Of a stretch of DNA of 64,000 nt, positions 62,246-64,000 are shown one piece after another. The translations under genes were made by a program, and so were the position numbers. The stretch is from Bispira polyomma (taxonomy: Eukaryota). Location: the NCBI GenBank assembly GCA_965649765.1, contig OZ287749.1:40486001-40550000 (forward strand). Direction: 5' to 3'. The notes under the pieces are model-generated. The model had not been told where the DNA came from, ran no database searches, and worked only from the letters and a program-made list of their open reading frames with translations. Positions within the stretch are counted from its first letter, which is position 1. Each line of letters starts with the position of its first letter.

Positions 62246-64000
62246 TAGCAAATAAAAAACTTTATAACTACAGGTTTATGTATTTCAATTCTACTTTTGT
62301 ACATACAGTATACTTAAAACATCATACATTATGGCCATTACAGGTGGACAACAAGTCACAAAAATACCCTAAACAGAAATCCTTAAAAGAGAATTAGCCC
62401 AAGTGTGTAGAAAACATGTAGTGCATATAGTTAATGGATCTTGTCATAATGAACTTTCATAGAAACATCTATTATATCTTTATGTATTTTACCATGTCAC
62501 AAAAAACAAAAAAAATGCACATCCAAATATAAAGTCTCTTTCTTAACAATCAAGCCCCCAGCATTGTTCAAATGTTTTTGTCTTAAATGGGAAAAAAGAA
62601 CCTCATATTTGTGTGGGATGCTCTTTGGCTGGTTAAAAATGTCTGCCAGACAAAGCATCCAGTCAACTAAAGACATATTTATATCGTCAATGCCTTTCTT
62701 TATCAAGAAAGCCAGAGAGACAGAAGATAGGAAAGATAGGAATCTCTTTCTTTACAGATAAAATAAGAAAAGAACTCTGAATTGTCAAATGACTGATTGT
62801 CAGGTTTGAAATAATCAGACTTCGGACATTTAGCGAGGCCCATGTTTAACCCTTCTAGTGGTAAGGGGACAAGCCCACAAAGGCTATGTCAAGGATTCTT
62901 TTATTGAATATACGAGATATATCTACAAAGAATGTGACCATAAACTCCCACCTTGAAATTCTTAGAGACTTAAGAAGCAAGCTTATGTTTATGAAACTTC
63001 TATTTGACAAAAAATTACATTCCCCAAAAGAATTAAAAAATGAATGTAGAAAAGTTGTATAATGATAAACTTGGGTGAAAATGGGTGAATATGCCAGAGT
63101 AAGGTGAACCTTATAGTAGACTTAAAAGTTTTTTAAACAAAGATCCTTTGATTAATTTGGTCTTCATTTAAAACTGCCACAGCTGACTTAAGAGTCCCTC
63201 ATTGTCACTTGAAATAAGTAAGAAGGTTAGGACAACTACCGGTAATTGCAATCAAAACTATTGTTTATATTCTTTTCGCTTTTCATCAAAATGAATACAT
63301 AAAAAAATGCTAAAATCGTCCATTTCCGTTATAAAACTTTTTGAAACGTGACCAAACTTAATGTAACTTAATGATCTTACCATTAGTACCCGTGAATCAT
63401 AAGGTTTATTAATAGTGTGCAACTAATCATGCAGACCCCACATTGAGCTAATATCTGTCACCAAATGTTCATATCCCAACATGTCAAGTTCCACTTTTTA
63501 ATTCAGTTCATATAAACTGGAAAAAAACATTGCACACCGGTTATTAAAGTTTTCATTTCCTTTTTTTTAAATTCTAGAATTACTATGAATGTTACTAATC
63601 ATAACTGTCAAGTCGCATTTGCTTTCTGGGCTGTTTTTTGTTTAAAGAGAAGCATTAGCTACTTCAGTCTTAGCTTGAGCATGGGGGGAGGCCATTGTAA
63701 TAACCAATAAATATTGCCAGCAATCAATTGATTTAAATACTATGCTTGGCTGCAGCGGTCTCCAGTTTTGACAACCCTGACTGGTGGGTAATTAAGCCAC
63801 AGTATCTAAGTTAAATTTATCTGTTCCATATTCGCCTGTAATGAAGTCCCCCTTTTTAAAACTTGAAAAAGTTAAAAAATAGAACACCTTTGTGCAGGTG
63901 ATGTCTTTGTGCACAAGAATAGTCTTTGATGAAAAAAATCCTGGTTACACTTCATTTTATATTTGTCTTGTAAATTGTGTGAAAATCATAAAACATTTAC

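Overview
AT-rich eukaryotic, apparently non-coding DNA. The repeat content suggests a marine invertebrate, probably a mollusc, but this is inference. No ORF in the six-frame track is a recognisable host gene, so the window reads as a large intron or intergenic tract. It is full of decayed mobile DNA: (1) at least three tRNA-headed SINE families with exchangeable 3' tails, plus a V-SINE-like fragment; (2) Helentron-associated (HINE/DINE-1/pearl-like) elements with internal tandem arrays; (3) more than ten copies of TA-flanked pogo/Tigger-like MITEs; (4) PIF/Harbinger-like, piggyBac-like and IS3EU-like non-autonomous elements; (5) 3' remnants of an L1/Tx1 LINE and an L2 LINE; (6) several local tandem or dispersed duplications. 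The best candidates for function are + strand splice signals: a branchpoint-AG|GTAAGT recursive-splice-like site at 7428, a 66-nt exon-like unit at 30556-30621 and a TACTAAC-linked site near 33051. I found no convincing novel multi-component system. Boundaries of degraded repeats are approximate and family assignments were made by eye, without database searches.
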